64,000 nt of DNA from a bacterium (lineage in GTDB: Bacteria; Patescibacteriota; Minisyncoccia; Moranbacterales; DUUL01), in the NCBI GenBank assembly GCA_018675685.1, contig JABGXP010000014.1, forward strand, positions 17,288-81,287, given 5' to 3'. Position numbers and translations under genes: made by a program. Of the stretch, positions 28,827 through 37,635 are shown piece after piece. A model generated the notes under the pieces. It was not told the origin of the DNA. It saw only the letters and a program-made list of their open reading frames with translations, and ran no database searches. Numbering within the stretch: position 1 is the stretch's first letter; the number at the start of each line of letters is the position of its first letter.

Positions 28827-29888
28827 ATGAAGACGTTAAAAGGACTTGACTTGAAAGATAAGAGAGTTGTGTTAAGAGCTGAATTTAATGTGCCTACGAG
28901 CCAAGGTAAAATTGATGATGACACCAGGATTAAGAAGGCTGTCTTAACAATTAATCATATATTATCTCAAGAAACAAAAGCTTTGCTGGTTATCGCTCAT
29001 ATAGGGAGACCAGGGGGAAAAAGAGATGAAGAATTTTCAAATAAAATAGTTCAAGGCAGATTGCAGGAACTAACCAAAAGAGAAGTTGAAATAATCGAAG
29101 ATGTTGGTGAAATTGATGCTGTGCTAAAGAGTGCTGATAGTAATAAAATTTATTTGTTGGAAAATATCCGTTTTTGGGAAGAGGAGGAAGGTGGTGATGA
29201 AGCTTTCGGAAAAAAAATCGGAGAACCCTTCGATGTGTATGTAAACGATTGTTTTTCAACAAGCCATAGAGCACACGCTTCTTTTGTTTGTGTTCCTAAA
29301 TATACACGGGAAAAATGTATGGGGCTGCTTTTCGAAGAAGAGTATTCAAATTTAAGCAAGGTTAAAAATGATCCAGAACACCCGGCCGTGATGGTTATTG
29401 GTGGTGCAAAAATTGCTACAAAATTGCCTGTTATTGAGAATATGATTCGAATCTATGATAAAGTTTTAGTTGGTGGAAGAATCGCCAATGAAGCGCTCGA
29501 TGAAAAACTTGATCTTGGTGAAAAAGTTCTATTGCCAACAGACTTCAATCCGAAAGGAAAGGAAGATGAGCGGTTGGATATTGGTGATGAAACAATTAAG
29601 GAATATATCAAAGAAGTTGAGAATGCCAAGACGATTGTTTGGAATGGTCCACTTGGAAAATTTGAGGATGAGGAAGCATCAGAAGGAACAAAATTGGTTT
29701 GTCGAGCGATCGCCCAAAATGAAGAGGCACTGCAAGTGATTGGTGGTGGAGAGACGTTAGAAGCTGTCAGTGAATTTAGTGATTTTTCACACTTTGATTA
29801 TGTCTCAATGAGCGGAGGGGCAATGCTCGAATATCTTTCGGGAAAAACCTTGCCTGGAATTGAAGCTCTGGAGGATCGCGAAGAGTAA
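28827..29888 (+). CDS. pgk: Phosphoglycerate kinase (short form)
   Basis: FNVP, DDTRI, HIGRP, LLENIRF, HRAHAS, GGAK, WNGPLG.FE, GGGET, S.GGA.LE. Confidence 0.93.
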   Translation: MKTLKGLDLKDKRVVLRAEFNVPTSQGKIDDDTRIKKAVLTINHILSQETKALLVIAHIGRPGGKRDEEFSNKIVQGRLQELTKREVEIIEDVGEIDAVLKSADSNKIYLLENIRFWEEEEGGDEAFGKKIGEPFDVYVNDCFSTSHRAHASFVCVPKYTREKCMGLLFEEEYSNLSKVKNDPEHPAVMVIGGAKIATKLPVIENMIRIYDKVLVGGRIANEALDEKLDLGEKVLLPTDFNPKGKEDERLDIGDETIKEYIKEVENAKTIVWNGPLGKFEDEEASEGTKLVCRAIAQNEEALQVIGGGETLEAVSEFSDFSHFDYVSMSGGAMLEYLSGKTLPGIEALEDREE

Positions 29889-29972
29889 ATCCCCTATGAT
29901 TGACACTATTTTGCGGTCTGATAGAATTTAACCAACTTCTTTTTTTGAATGAAAATATTCTGAAATAATTAA

Positions 29973-30350
29973 ATGCAAAATCAAAACGCAACACATGTTA
30001 TTTTTGATGTGAGTTTTGAGCACTTTCCGATTGAACTAGAAAGTGCTGATTTTTGGAAGAAATTGGGCAAAAAAGCCCTAGAGAAAGGTAATTTCTCTGT
30101 AATGGGCGGTGCAATGCATAAATTCGACCCAGCCGGAATGTCTGGCTTTTGGCTCTTATGTGAATCACATCTTTCTTTTCATACTTGGCCAGAAGAAAGA
30201 CGAGTTTTTATCGATCTTTTTTCTTGTGGTGATGAGAACCGAACAAAAAAAACCATTGATGAGTTAATAAGGGGATTTGAGAGAATAAATGGAGTAGTTG
30301 AGAGGAGGAATGATTTGAAAAGAGGATATGTTTATGAAAGTGAAGAGTAG
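29973..30350 (+). CDS. speD: Pyruvoyl-dependent S-adenosylmethionine decarboxylase-family proenzyme
   Basis: F.P.G.SG..LL.ESH self-cleavage site, HTWPE, DLFSCG. Confidence 0.8.
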   Translation: MQNQNATHVIFDVSFEHFPIELESADFWKKLGKKALEKGNFSVMGGAMHKFDPAGMSGFWLLCESHLSFHTWPEERRVFIDLFSCGDENRTKKTIDELIRGFERINGVVERRNDLKRGYVYESEE

Positions 30351-30463
30351 TTTTAACTAAAACTGTTTATTGCGAGAACTTTTTAACTGCTAGACACTTG
30401 AAAAAACAAAAAAAAGGTTGTATTATGTAGAAGTTTTCTTAAACAGTGTCAATATTTGAAAAT

Positions 30464-30534
30464 TGGGGAATCGCCAAGTGGTAAGGCACTGGTTTCTGGT
30501 ACCAGTATCGGGGGTTCGAATCCCTCTTCCCCAA
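30464..30534 (+). tRNA. tRNA-Gln(CTG)
   Basis: TGGGGAA/TTCCCCA acceptor stem, GCCAAGTGGTAAGGC D-arm, CTGGT-TTCTGGT-ACCAG anticodon arm, GTTCGAATC T-loop. Confidence 0.96.
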
Positions 30535-30537
30535 CAA

Positions 30538-30579
30538 ATAATAATAAAACACCCTTTAATGAGGGTGTTTTATTATTAT
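30538..30579. terminator. Terminator hairpin after tRNA-Gln
   Basis: ATAATAATAAAACACCCT-ttaatg-AGGGTGTTTTATTATTAT perfect 18-bp inverted repeat. Confidence 0.85.
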
Positions 30580-30582
30580 CCT

Positions 30583-30752
30583 TGTTTGGAAATGAATTCG
30601 AACGGACAGCAGCAAGCGGAGCGAGCGCCGATGGATGCGATAGCATTCAGCGCTGTCCTGGACAACGAAGGCGAAACGAAGTGGAGACGAGGCGAGAGAA
30701 TCGTATGAAACTGAGAGATTGCTAATAGAAAGATGATATCTTCCCCAACAAA
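30583..30752. repeat. tRNA-associated GC-rich structured element bounded by inverted and direct copies of the tRNA-Gln 3' end
   Basis: 30583-30603 reverse-complements to GTTCGAATTCATTTCCAAACA; TCTTCCCCAACAAA at 30739-30752 repeats 30525-30538; internal GGACAGC/GCTGTCC stem. Confidence 0.6.
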
Positions 30753-30757
30753 AAAAT

Positions 30758-30799
30758 AAATAGAACGTACTATAGAACGTTCTATAGTACGTTCTATTT
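30758..30799. repeat. Perfect 42-bp loop-less palindrome
   Basis: AAATAGAACGTACTATAGAAC|GTTCTATAGTACGTTCTATTT. Confidence 0.9.
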
Positions 30800-30905
30800 T
30801 GTTCTATCTCGAGAAGAATTTAAGTGGATATCAATGACAAGTGATGTAAGAGTTTCCAGTCTAGCTAATAAAAAGCATTATTACCGAGACAATTTTTGAA
30901 AGCCC

Positions 30906-30934
30906 TTGACTTTTCTCTCTAATAAGTGTATAAA
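30906..30934 (+). promoter_or_regulatory. sigma70 promoter of the RRM gene
   Basis: TTGACT-17 nt-TATAAA; implies a ~105-nt leader. Confidence 0.6.
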
Positions 30935-31045
30935 TAATCATCAGTAAGATTACTCTTTCTCTTTCCTTGCATACAAGAACATGTAAGCCCAAAAGAATAG
31001 ATGTTCGGTCGGCTTGCTTATTTAAATCAACACAAGGAAAATATC

Positions 31046-31327
31046 ATGGCAAAAAAACTATACGTAGGTGGAATTTCATATGACACTACTACAGATGCTC
31101 TTAAAGAGTTGTTTGCACAGGCTGGAACAGTTGACGATGTGGTAATTATCACAGACAGAATGACTGGTCAGTCAAAAGGATTTGGTTTCATTGAAATGGG
31201 ATCAGATGAAGACGCTACAGCTGCTATTGAAATGTTCGACGGAAAAGAAATTGACGGTCGATCAGTAACAGTAAACGAGGCTCGTCCTCGAGAAGAACGT
31301 CCTCGAAATGGTGGCGGACGATACTAA
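31046..31327 (+). CDS. RRM-domain RNA-binding protein
   Basis: KLYVGGI (RNP2), KGFGFIEM (RNP1), VNEARP; AAGGA SD before ATG 31046. Confidence 0.95.
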   Translation: MAKKLYVGGISYDTTTDALKELFAQAGTVDDVVIITDRMTGQSKGFGFIEMGSDEDATAAIEMFDGKEIDGRSVTVNEARPREERPRNGGGRY

Positions 31328-31350
31328 TTTTTAGTATTTTCGAAACTTAA

Positions 31351-31377
31351 AAAAAATCCCCTTCGGGGGATTTTTTT
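31351..31377 (+). terminator. Rho-independent terminator
   Basis: AAAAAATCCCC-TTCG-GGGGATTTTTT (UUCG tetraloop). Confidence 0.9.
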
Positions 31378-31388
31378 GTTGGGTGAAA

Positions 31389-31426
31389 AATAAAAGATCA
31401 CTGGCTGTGACCAGTGATCTTTTATT
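31389..31426 (-). terminator. Terminator of the ATP-grasp gene
   Basis: AATAAAAGATCACTGG-ctgtga-CCAGTGATCTTTTATT. Confidence 0.85.
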
Positions 31427-31443
31427 GACTTAGAGGTAAGTTT

Positions 31444-32319
31444 TTACTTAACCAAGCATTTTATTTGAGAAGATAGAAATTCGTATGCGCCATCAACTTC
31501 AGTTGTTTTTGAGCTAAGACCTGGGAATCGATTGATTTCCATAAGGTAGGGTTTCTTTGTTTTTTTGTCTATAATTATATCTGAACGTGACCACTCTAAT
31601 CCAATCGCTTTGCTGGTTTTTAGGGCCATTTGTTTAATTTTAGTCGGAATGTTCACAGGATCAATAAATACTTCTTCTGCGCCATTGCAAGTGTTATTTC
31701 TGAACTCACCTTCAGAAGGGTAGCTTTTTTCTCCCGACACTACTTTTCCATTCACAACCATGATGCCCCAATCATAATCATTCGGGACATATCTTTGCAG
31801 TAGATATTTTTTATATTTAGGTAATTTCTTCATTTCTTCAAGTAACTCCTCCTTTGTATTAACGAGTACGGAATGCGCCCCTCTTGAGCCTTTTGTGTCC
31901 TTTATAACTAAAGGATAACCACATACTTCTTCAATTTGAAAAAGGTTTTTTTGAAGATCCTTATTTCCCATAAACAGAGTATCAGGAACATCAATACTGT
32001 TTAGAGCAAAAATCATATGATCAGTTACTTTAGATGTACCTTTTTCTACGTAGGTACAAGGAGTACCAGAGTCTTTTAGATAAAGTTTAATAGCATAGGC
32101 AAGATCGCGAGAAGTCCACGAGGAAGAAAGCCAAACGAAAGAAAAATCCTTTAAGTCTACGCCTTTATGCAAAATTGCAAGATGTTCATTTTGGAAGATA
32201 AATTCCAGATCTTTGAATGCTCCTTCTGTTAGTTCAACAGCAAAGGGAAATTTTTTTGCTACTTGCTCTATATTTGCAACTGCTGGCAATACTAGTAATT
32301 TCAATTTTTTTTCTTTCAT
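31444..32319 (-). CDS. RimK-family ATP-grasp ligase
   Basis: VPDT, YPLVIK..GSRG, LLQRYV, EFRNN...G, DII, YLMEINRFPG. Confidence 0.85.
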   Translation of the reverse strand: MKEKKLKLLVLPAVANIEQVAKKFPFAVELTEGAFKDLEFIFQNEHLAILHKGVDLKDFSFVWLSSSWTSRDLAYAIKLYLKDSGTPCTYVEKGTSKVTDHMIFALNSIDVPDTLFMGNKDLQKNLFQIEEVCGYPLVIKDTKGSRGAHSVLVNTKEELLEEMKKLPKYKKYLLQRYVPNDYDWGIMVVNGKVVSGEKSYPSEGEFRNNTCNGAEEVFIDPVNIPTKIKQMALKTSKAIGLEWSRSDIIIDKKTKKPYLMEINRFPGLSSKTTEVDGAYEFLSSQIKCLVK

Positions 32320-32437
32320 AATAAATAGTGTTTTTTAATAAAAAAAGCCTTATTTGGCTTAACTATCCACAATTTTCATGATTGAAATGGACTAATACTC
32401 CTTCCACAAAATGCTTCAAATAAGATGTTGATTCTTA

Positions 32438-32466
32438 ATTATATACTTTATTTTGAATTTTGTAAA
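32438..32466 (-). promoter_or_regulatory. sigma70 promoter of the ATP-grasp gene
   Basis: TTTACA-17 nt-TATAAT. Confidence 0.7.
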
Positions 32467-32621
32467 GGCCTGTTCTTTTATCAAAGCTTTATTGCTAGGG
32501 AAGGAAGATTGTTTTTTTCCTATAATTTTTGGTATAGTTAGAGAATATAATTGTCTGTTGAATTGAACTTTGGTGTTTGAAAGACAAAAGATTTAGATTG
32601 TTTAAAAAATAAATCAAAAAA

Positions 32622-33485
32622 ATGAGCTGGTTTTCTTTTGTAATTTTTTCAATTTTTGCACTCGCGTTTGCAGAGTTATCTCAACAGAAACTTTTGAATT
32701 TGAAAAATGGTTTTAATGAAAGGGCGAGTGCCGTTTTAACTTTTGGCTTCCAATTTATTTTAAGCATCCCATTGGTTTTTATTTTTGGGCTTGATGATGA
32801 AATTTTTTCAATCTTTAGAACCTCTGTTTGGCAGCAAGTATTATTTGGGACATTCATTGCATCCTTTGGAATGGTTTTGTATTTAAAAAGCTTTAAAGTT
32901 AAAAATATAAGTTTTTCAGCTATTTTGATTTCATCTTCTGCGATTATTTCAACATTTTTAGGTATTTTATTTTTTTCGGAGTCGGTTACGGGGTTGAAGT
33001 TTTTTGGGATTTTCTTGATTCTAGCCGCTGTTGTTGTTGTGAACTTTAAAAATGCTGACATTGAAAAAAACCACATCTTTGGTTTATTTGCAGGCTTGAT
33101 TTTCGGAGTGGCTTTTACGATTGATAAAAGCGTCATGCAAGACATCCAACCCCTGGTGTATATTTTTTGGAGTTTTCCTCTGATTTCGATTTGGGGATTA
33201 TCATTTGGTTATAAAAAAGTTACATGCTCAATAAAAGGGAAAAAGTTTAGCGCTTACAAGCCGATAGCAATATCAGGAATAGGATATTTACTTTTCAACA
33301 TTGCCACTTTTAGCGCATACCATGCTGGCGGAGAAGTCGGGCGAGTAGATGCTATCAACACTACCTATATTTTCATTATAATTCTTTTTGAATATTTCTT
33401 TTTAAAGAGTAAGAGTGGAGTTAAAAGAAAACTCATCGCCACATTTTTGGCATTTTTGGGAATTTTGTCGTTAGGAATAATTTGA
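32622..33485 (+). CDS. EamA/DMT-family transporter
   Basis: ~10 TM helices in two repeats; LGILFFSES and FFLK.K helix ends. Confidence 0.85.
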   Translation: MSWFSFVIFSIFALAFAELSQQKLLNLKNGFNERASAVLTFGFQFILSIPLVFIFGLDDEIFSIFRTSVWQQVLFGTFIASFGMVLYLKSFKVKNISFSAILISSSAIISTFLGILFFSESVTGLKFFGIFLILAAVVVVNFKNADIEKNHIFGLFAGLIFGVAFTIDKSVMQDIQPLVYIFWSFPLISIWGLSFGYKKVTCSIKGKKFSAYKPIAISGIGYLLFNIATFSAYHAGGEVGRVDAINTTYIFIIILFEYFFLKSKSGVKRKLIATFLAFLGILSLGII

Positions 33486-33519
33486 GAATAAGCTCCATTT
33501 AAAGCTAATAGGGGGGGGT

Positions 33520-33550
33520 AAAAAAACTGCCAATTGGAGGCAGTTTTTTT
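33520..33550. terminator. Bidirectional terminator between EamA gene and glnA
   Basis: AAAAAACTGCC-aattgga-GGCAGTTTTTT. Confidence 0.85.
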
Positions 33551-33559
33551 AAATAAGCA

Positions 33560-34996
33560 CTAGAAATCATTCCAAAGCATTTGATTTGTGATTTCATGAT
33601 GGTAGATGATTTCTGATCTTTTCACCTTCGCCCCGAGTTCTTTTGGGCTTCTGTCTGCTGCCGCTTGTTTGAATTGGATGTATTTATTTTTTGTTTCTTC
33701 GCCAATGATTTTCGTGGTGAATTCACTGGAGCGAAATATTTTAATAGCATCATTAATGTTCCCTGGAAGATAACTAAGTCTTTCGCGCTTATTCTTTTCT
33801 TTTTGCAATTTCCTTCCTTCAGTTATTGTTTTTAAAACTGTAAAAGCGACGAGATAGGGATTTGCATCAGGGGCGACACTGCGTATTTCTATGCGAGCTG
33901 TTTCTTTATTGAAAGTAGGGATTCTAACCATTGACCCACGATCTTTTGAGGAAACCTTGATTTGATTTGGTGCTTCAAAGGCAGGATCCAACCTGCGATA
34001 GGAATTCACACTTGAGTTTAGGATTAAGCTTATTTCCTGAGCATGATTTAATATTTTTGAAATTCCATCCCAGGCAGTTTTAGAAAGGGAGTCCTTCCCT
34101 TTTTTATCAAAGAAAATATTTTTACCGTCCTTTTGTAGGGAGAAATTAAGATGCATCCCACTTCCATTGATACCAGAAATTGGTTTTGGAAGGAAGGTAG
34201 CAGTCATTTGCATATTAGCAGCAATTTGACGACAGACAAGCTTGTAGAGTTGAATTTTATCGCAAGCTGAAAGTGCATCAGAGTAGGAAAAATTTAATTC
34301 AAATTGAGACGGCGCAACTTCCGGGTGGTCTTTTTCATTTTGAAAAGCCATTGCTCTTTGAGCCTCAGCCGCTTTGTCGATAAACATTTTCAATTTATCC
34401 AGTGGTAAAGAGTGATAATACCCACCGCTGGAAATCAGTTTGAACCCTTTGAATACATTGTAATGTTCCTCTGCTTCCACTCCATCAACAACAAAGCCTT
34501 CTACTTCAGCTGAAACAAATCCAATAATATTCCTTTTCCTCGACAATTGATTGGAGTATAACCCTAACATTCCTCTGAAATCTGAAGGGTGAGGTTTTTT
34601 GTCGTTTGTTAAGATGAAAGCGAAAATAATAATTTTCCCTGATCCAAAGATATCAGCAGGGAGGTGCCGCAGTGTTGGCCAGTCGATTTGAAGTCGCAAA
34701 TCAGACTCTTTTAGAGAACTAAATCCTCGAATAGATGATCCGTCAAAAGTAAGATTATCAGCAGACTTCAGGAGGAAAGCTTTATCGTAATCTAGCATAT
34801 GGAAACGACCTTCAATATCAGAAAAACAAATTGTCACAGCCTTAATTCGTTTCTCTTTTTTGAGGTACATGCGGTATTCCGTCTCAAGTTCTGCAGGCGA
34901 TGTCGTCTTTGCTTTTTTAACTGCTAAGAGATTCATCTTCTCAAGCTGATCGTAGGGAATTTCAAGAAAATTCCGTAATTTGTTTTTAATTTCCAT
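33560..34996 (-). CDS. glnA: Glutamine synthetase (type I-like)
   Basis: FDGSSIRGF...ESD, EVEGF, HPEVAPSQFE, TFLPKP..G.NGSGMH, NSYRRL...EAP, RIEIRS..PDANPY. Confidence 0.93.
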   Translation of the reverse strand: MEIKNKLRNFLEIPYDQLEKMNLLAVKKAKTTSPAELETEYRMYLKKEKRIKAVTICFSDIEGRFHMLDYDKAFLLKSADNLTFDGSSIRGFSSLKESDLRLQIDWPTLRHLPADIFGSGKIIIFAFILTNDKKPHPSDFRGMLGLYSNQLSRKRNIIGFVSAEVEGFVVDGVEAEEHYNVFKGFKLISSGGYYHSLPLDKLKMFIDKAAEAQRAMAFQNEKDHPEVAPSQFELNFSYSDALSACDKIQLYKLVCRQIAANMQMTATFLPKPISGINGSGMHLNFSLQKDGKNIFFDKKGKDSLSKTAWDGISKILNHAQEISLILNSSVNSYRRLDPAFEAPNQIKVSSKDRGSMVRIPTFNKETARIEIRSVAPDANPYLVAFTVLKTITEGRKLQKEKNKRERLSYLPGNINDAIKIFRSSEFTTKIIGEETKNKYIQFKQAAADRSPKELGAKVKRSEIIYHHEITNQMLWNDF

Positions 34997-35109
34997 TTTT
35001 TATATTAAATTAGTTATTATTTAATATAAATTATATCATTTTTATTTTAAAAAGCAAAAAATCCAATCAACATGTAAGTTGAAAGGATTTTTTGAAAAAA
35101 CGGGAAGGA

Positions 35110-36903
35110 TTATTGTTTTTTTCTCTTTGCTTGAACTCTGTCGTTTTCGGTTAGATATTTTTTTCTCAGCCGAATGCTTTTTGGTGTGACTTCCAGGTAT
35201 TCATCTTCATTCATCACGCTCATACCTCTTTCTAGCGATATCTCAACTGGTGTTGTGAGCTTGAGTGCCTCATCTGAACCAGAAGCTCGCATATTCGTAA
35301 GTTGTTTCCCTTTAATTGGATTAACGGTCATATCAGCTCCAGCAACAACACTCCCGATTACCATACCTTCGTAGACTTCAGTTGCAGCAGGGATATATAG
35401 GCTACCACGATTTTGAAGAGAAAAAAGTGAAAAACCAAGAGCTTTTCCAGTTTCTTTTGAAATCATTGAACCAACTTGATTTTTTTGAATGTTTCCCACG
35501 TGTGGTCTAAAACCAACAACTCGAGTATATAGGATTCCTTCACCTTTTGTATCAACAACAAAATCGTTTCGATACCCAAGCAATCCACGAGTTGGAATTT
35601 CAAAGATAATCCGAGTCGAAGAATTTTTTGTTTCCATAAACATTAAAACCCCAGCTCGTTTTTGAAGCTTCTTAATAACACTACCACTCATATCTTCTGG
35701 TACTGAAATTGTTACTTCTTCAAAAGGCTCAAGTTTCTGGCCATTTTCTTCTTTTATAATAATATGTGGTTGTGAAATTTGAATCTCATATCCTTCTCGT
35801 CTCATATTTTCAAGTAGAATTGCGATGTGCATTTCACCCCTTCCATATACCTTAAAAGCATCTCCAGCAGAGAAGTCAACCTTAAGTCCAACATTAACTT
35901 CTAGTTCTTTCTCTAGTCTTTCACGAATCTGTTGCCCTGTTATAAAAGTTCCTTCTCGTCCAGCGAAAGGTGAGTTGTTGATCAAAAAATTAAGAGAGAT
36001 TGTTGGTTCATCTATTGAAATTGCCGGCAGAGTTTCAATATTTTCGTTTTCACAAAGTGTTTCACCAATACTAATATTGGGAAGTCCAGCTATCATAATG
36101 ATATCACCAGCACTTGCCTCTTTTACTTCTTTTTTCTCCAATCCATTGAAAGTGAAAAGTTTTGTAATTTTTCCCCTTCGAACAGTTCCATTAATATTTT
36201 TGATCATTATTTGAGAGGCAGTACGAATTGTCCCAGCATAAATTCTGCAAATTGCAAGTCTTCCGAGGAAGTTGTCATATCCTAAGTTGAAAGATTGAGC
36301 ACGCAACTCCTCTGCGGCAAGATTGTCGCCTGAGGCCGATGGAACTTCCGCAATAATTGTATCAAGAATTGGTGAGAGATCTTTCATTTCATCATTAAAA
36401 TCCTTTTTTGCAAGACCTTCTCGTGCAATTGAATATAGTATTTTGAAATCAAGTTGTTTGTCGTTTGCTCCAAGATCTAAAAAGAGTTCATAAATCATTT
36501 CCTCCACTTCCTCTACTCTGGCAGCTGGTTTATCAATCTTATTAATTATCACGATTGGTTTTAGTCCAAGTTCGAGTGATTTTTTTAAAACAAATTTCGT
36601 TTGTGGCATTGGGCCTTCTTGTGCATCAACGACAAGAAGCACGGAGTCAATTGAACGCAAAACTCGCTCAACTTCGCTTCCGAAGTCGGCATGTCCTGGA
36701 GTGTCCACGATATTAATCTTCGTATCTTTGTAGATAACAGAAGTATTTTTAGAGTATATTGTGATTCCACGTTCTTTCTCAAGTGCATCAGAATCCATAC
36801 TAACTTCCGAAGTGGACATCCCTGTCTGTTGCATTAATGCATCAGTTAGGGTTGTTTTCCCATGGTCCACATGGGCAATGATTGCAATATTTTTGATTTC
36901 CAT
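35110..36903 (-). CDS. typA: Translational GTPase TypA/BipA
   Basis: [59 protein letters not shown]; ATG at 36903. Confidence 0.97.
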   Translation of the reverse strand: MEIKNIAIIAHVDHGKTTLTDALMQQTGMSTSEVSMDSDALEKERGITIYSKNTSVIYKDTKINIVDTPGHADFGSEVERVLRSIDSVLLVVDAQEGPMPQTKFVLKKSLELGLKPIVIINKIDKPAARVEEVEEMIYELFLDLGANDKQLDFKILYSIAREGLAKKDFNDEMKDLSPILDTIIAEVPSASGDNLAAEELRAQSFNLGYDNFLGRLAICRIYAGTIRTASQIMIKNINGTVRRGKITKLFTFNGLEKKEVKEASAGDIIMIAGLPNISIGETLCENENIETLPAISIDEPTISLNFLINNSPFAGREGTFITGQQIRERLEKELEVNVGLKVDFSAGDAFKVYGRGEMHIAILLENMRREGYEIQISQPHIIIKEENGQKLEPFEEVTISVPEDMSGSVIKKLQKRAGVLMFMETKNSSTRIIFEIPTRGLLGYRNDFVVDTKGEGILYTRVVGFRPHVGNIQKNQVGSMISKETGKALGFSLFSLQNRGSLYIPAATEVYEGMVIGSVVAGADMTVNPIKGKQLTNMRASGSDEALKLTTPVEISLERGMSVMNEDEYLEVTPKSIRLRKKYLTENDRVQAKRKKQ

Positions 36904-37041
36904 AAAAAAGTAAAACCGTTCCTTTGAGAAACGGACAAAATTAAAACATAAAATTAAATCTGTAACTATATAAGTAATACTATATTTTAGAGCAAATGTC
37001 AATGTGTTTTGACAGTTAGTATTTTCTTATTGGGAAAAAAT

Positions 37042-37078
37042 AAAAGATCCCCACCGCTATTTTAGAGGCGAGGATCTT
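37042..37078 (-). terminator. Probable terminator of the 37103-37396 gene
   Basis: AAGATCC...GGATCTT stem with U-rich tract on the minus strand. Confidence 0.6.
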
Positions 37079-37102
37079 CAACCTTAGATTGAATCCCTGT
37101 GA

Positions 37103-37396
37103 TTAGGCGACTGCATCGGGCAATAAATCCTCTTTACATTCAAAGAGCTCCCCGGTTTCCGTATTTTCTACCCACAAAGCAGGAGTTCCTTTCTTTTTCC
37201 TTTTTGTGCATGGTGCGATTTTGCATTCACCACAACAAGTCGGCGCCACCCCGAAGACAATGACCTCGTAGCCTGAACTAAGGGATATGCAATTTCCAGG
37301 TAGGAGGTTGGTAAAAGGGATACATGCCTCAAGCGAAACATCGAATTCGCGAGTTCTTTTGTCGGTACAAAGTCTTTGAACTAAATTTCCTGACAT
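37103..37396 (-). CDS. Orphan Cys-rich protein (97 aa)
   Basis: AAGGAG SD before ATG 37396; CCGEC-x4-C cluster; own terminator. Confidence 0.6.
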   Translation of the reverse strand: MSGNLVQRLCTDKRTREFDVSLEACIPFTNLLPGNCISLSSGYEVIVFGVAPTCCGECKIAPCTKRKKKGTPALWVENTETGELFECKEDLLPDAVA

Positions 37397-37635
37397 AAGT
37401 CGTTTCTCCTTTCTAAAAGTGGTTGTGGGAATGAACCGATACATCTCTTTTCATTGAGAGTTTTTTATTTAAACACAAAAATGAAAAGTAAGCAACTCTA
37501 TCGTATGTATTTTATTTTTTATATGCTATAATTTCATACAAATAAGAGTGAAAACAAAATCAGCAAAAAACGTATATATAGATTGTATACACAATTAAGA
37601 CAAAAGCATAAGCAATTAAAAATTAAAGAAAAAAA

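Noticed and set aside
30449-30725. ORFs overlapping tRNA-Gln, and likewise 19025-19240 over tRNA-Leu
   Set aside because: Translations of tRNA and hairpin sequence, not proteins.
30762-30795. GAAC/GTTC elements as a LexA box
   Set aside because: The spacing is GAAC-N0-GTTC, not the Gram-positive GAAC-N4-GTTC.
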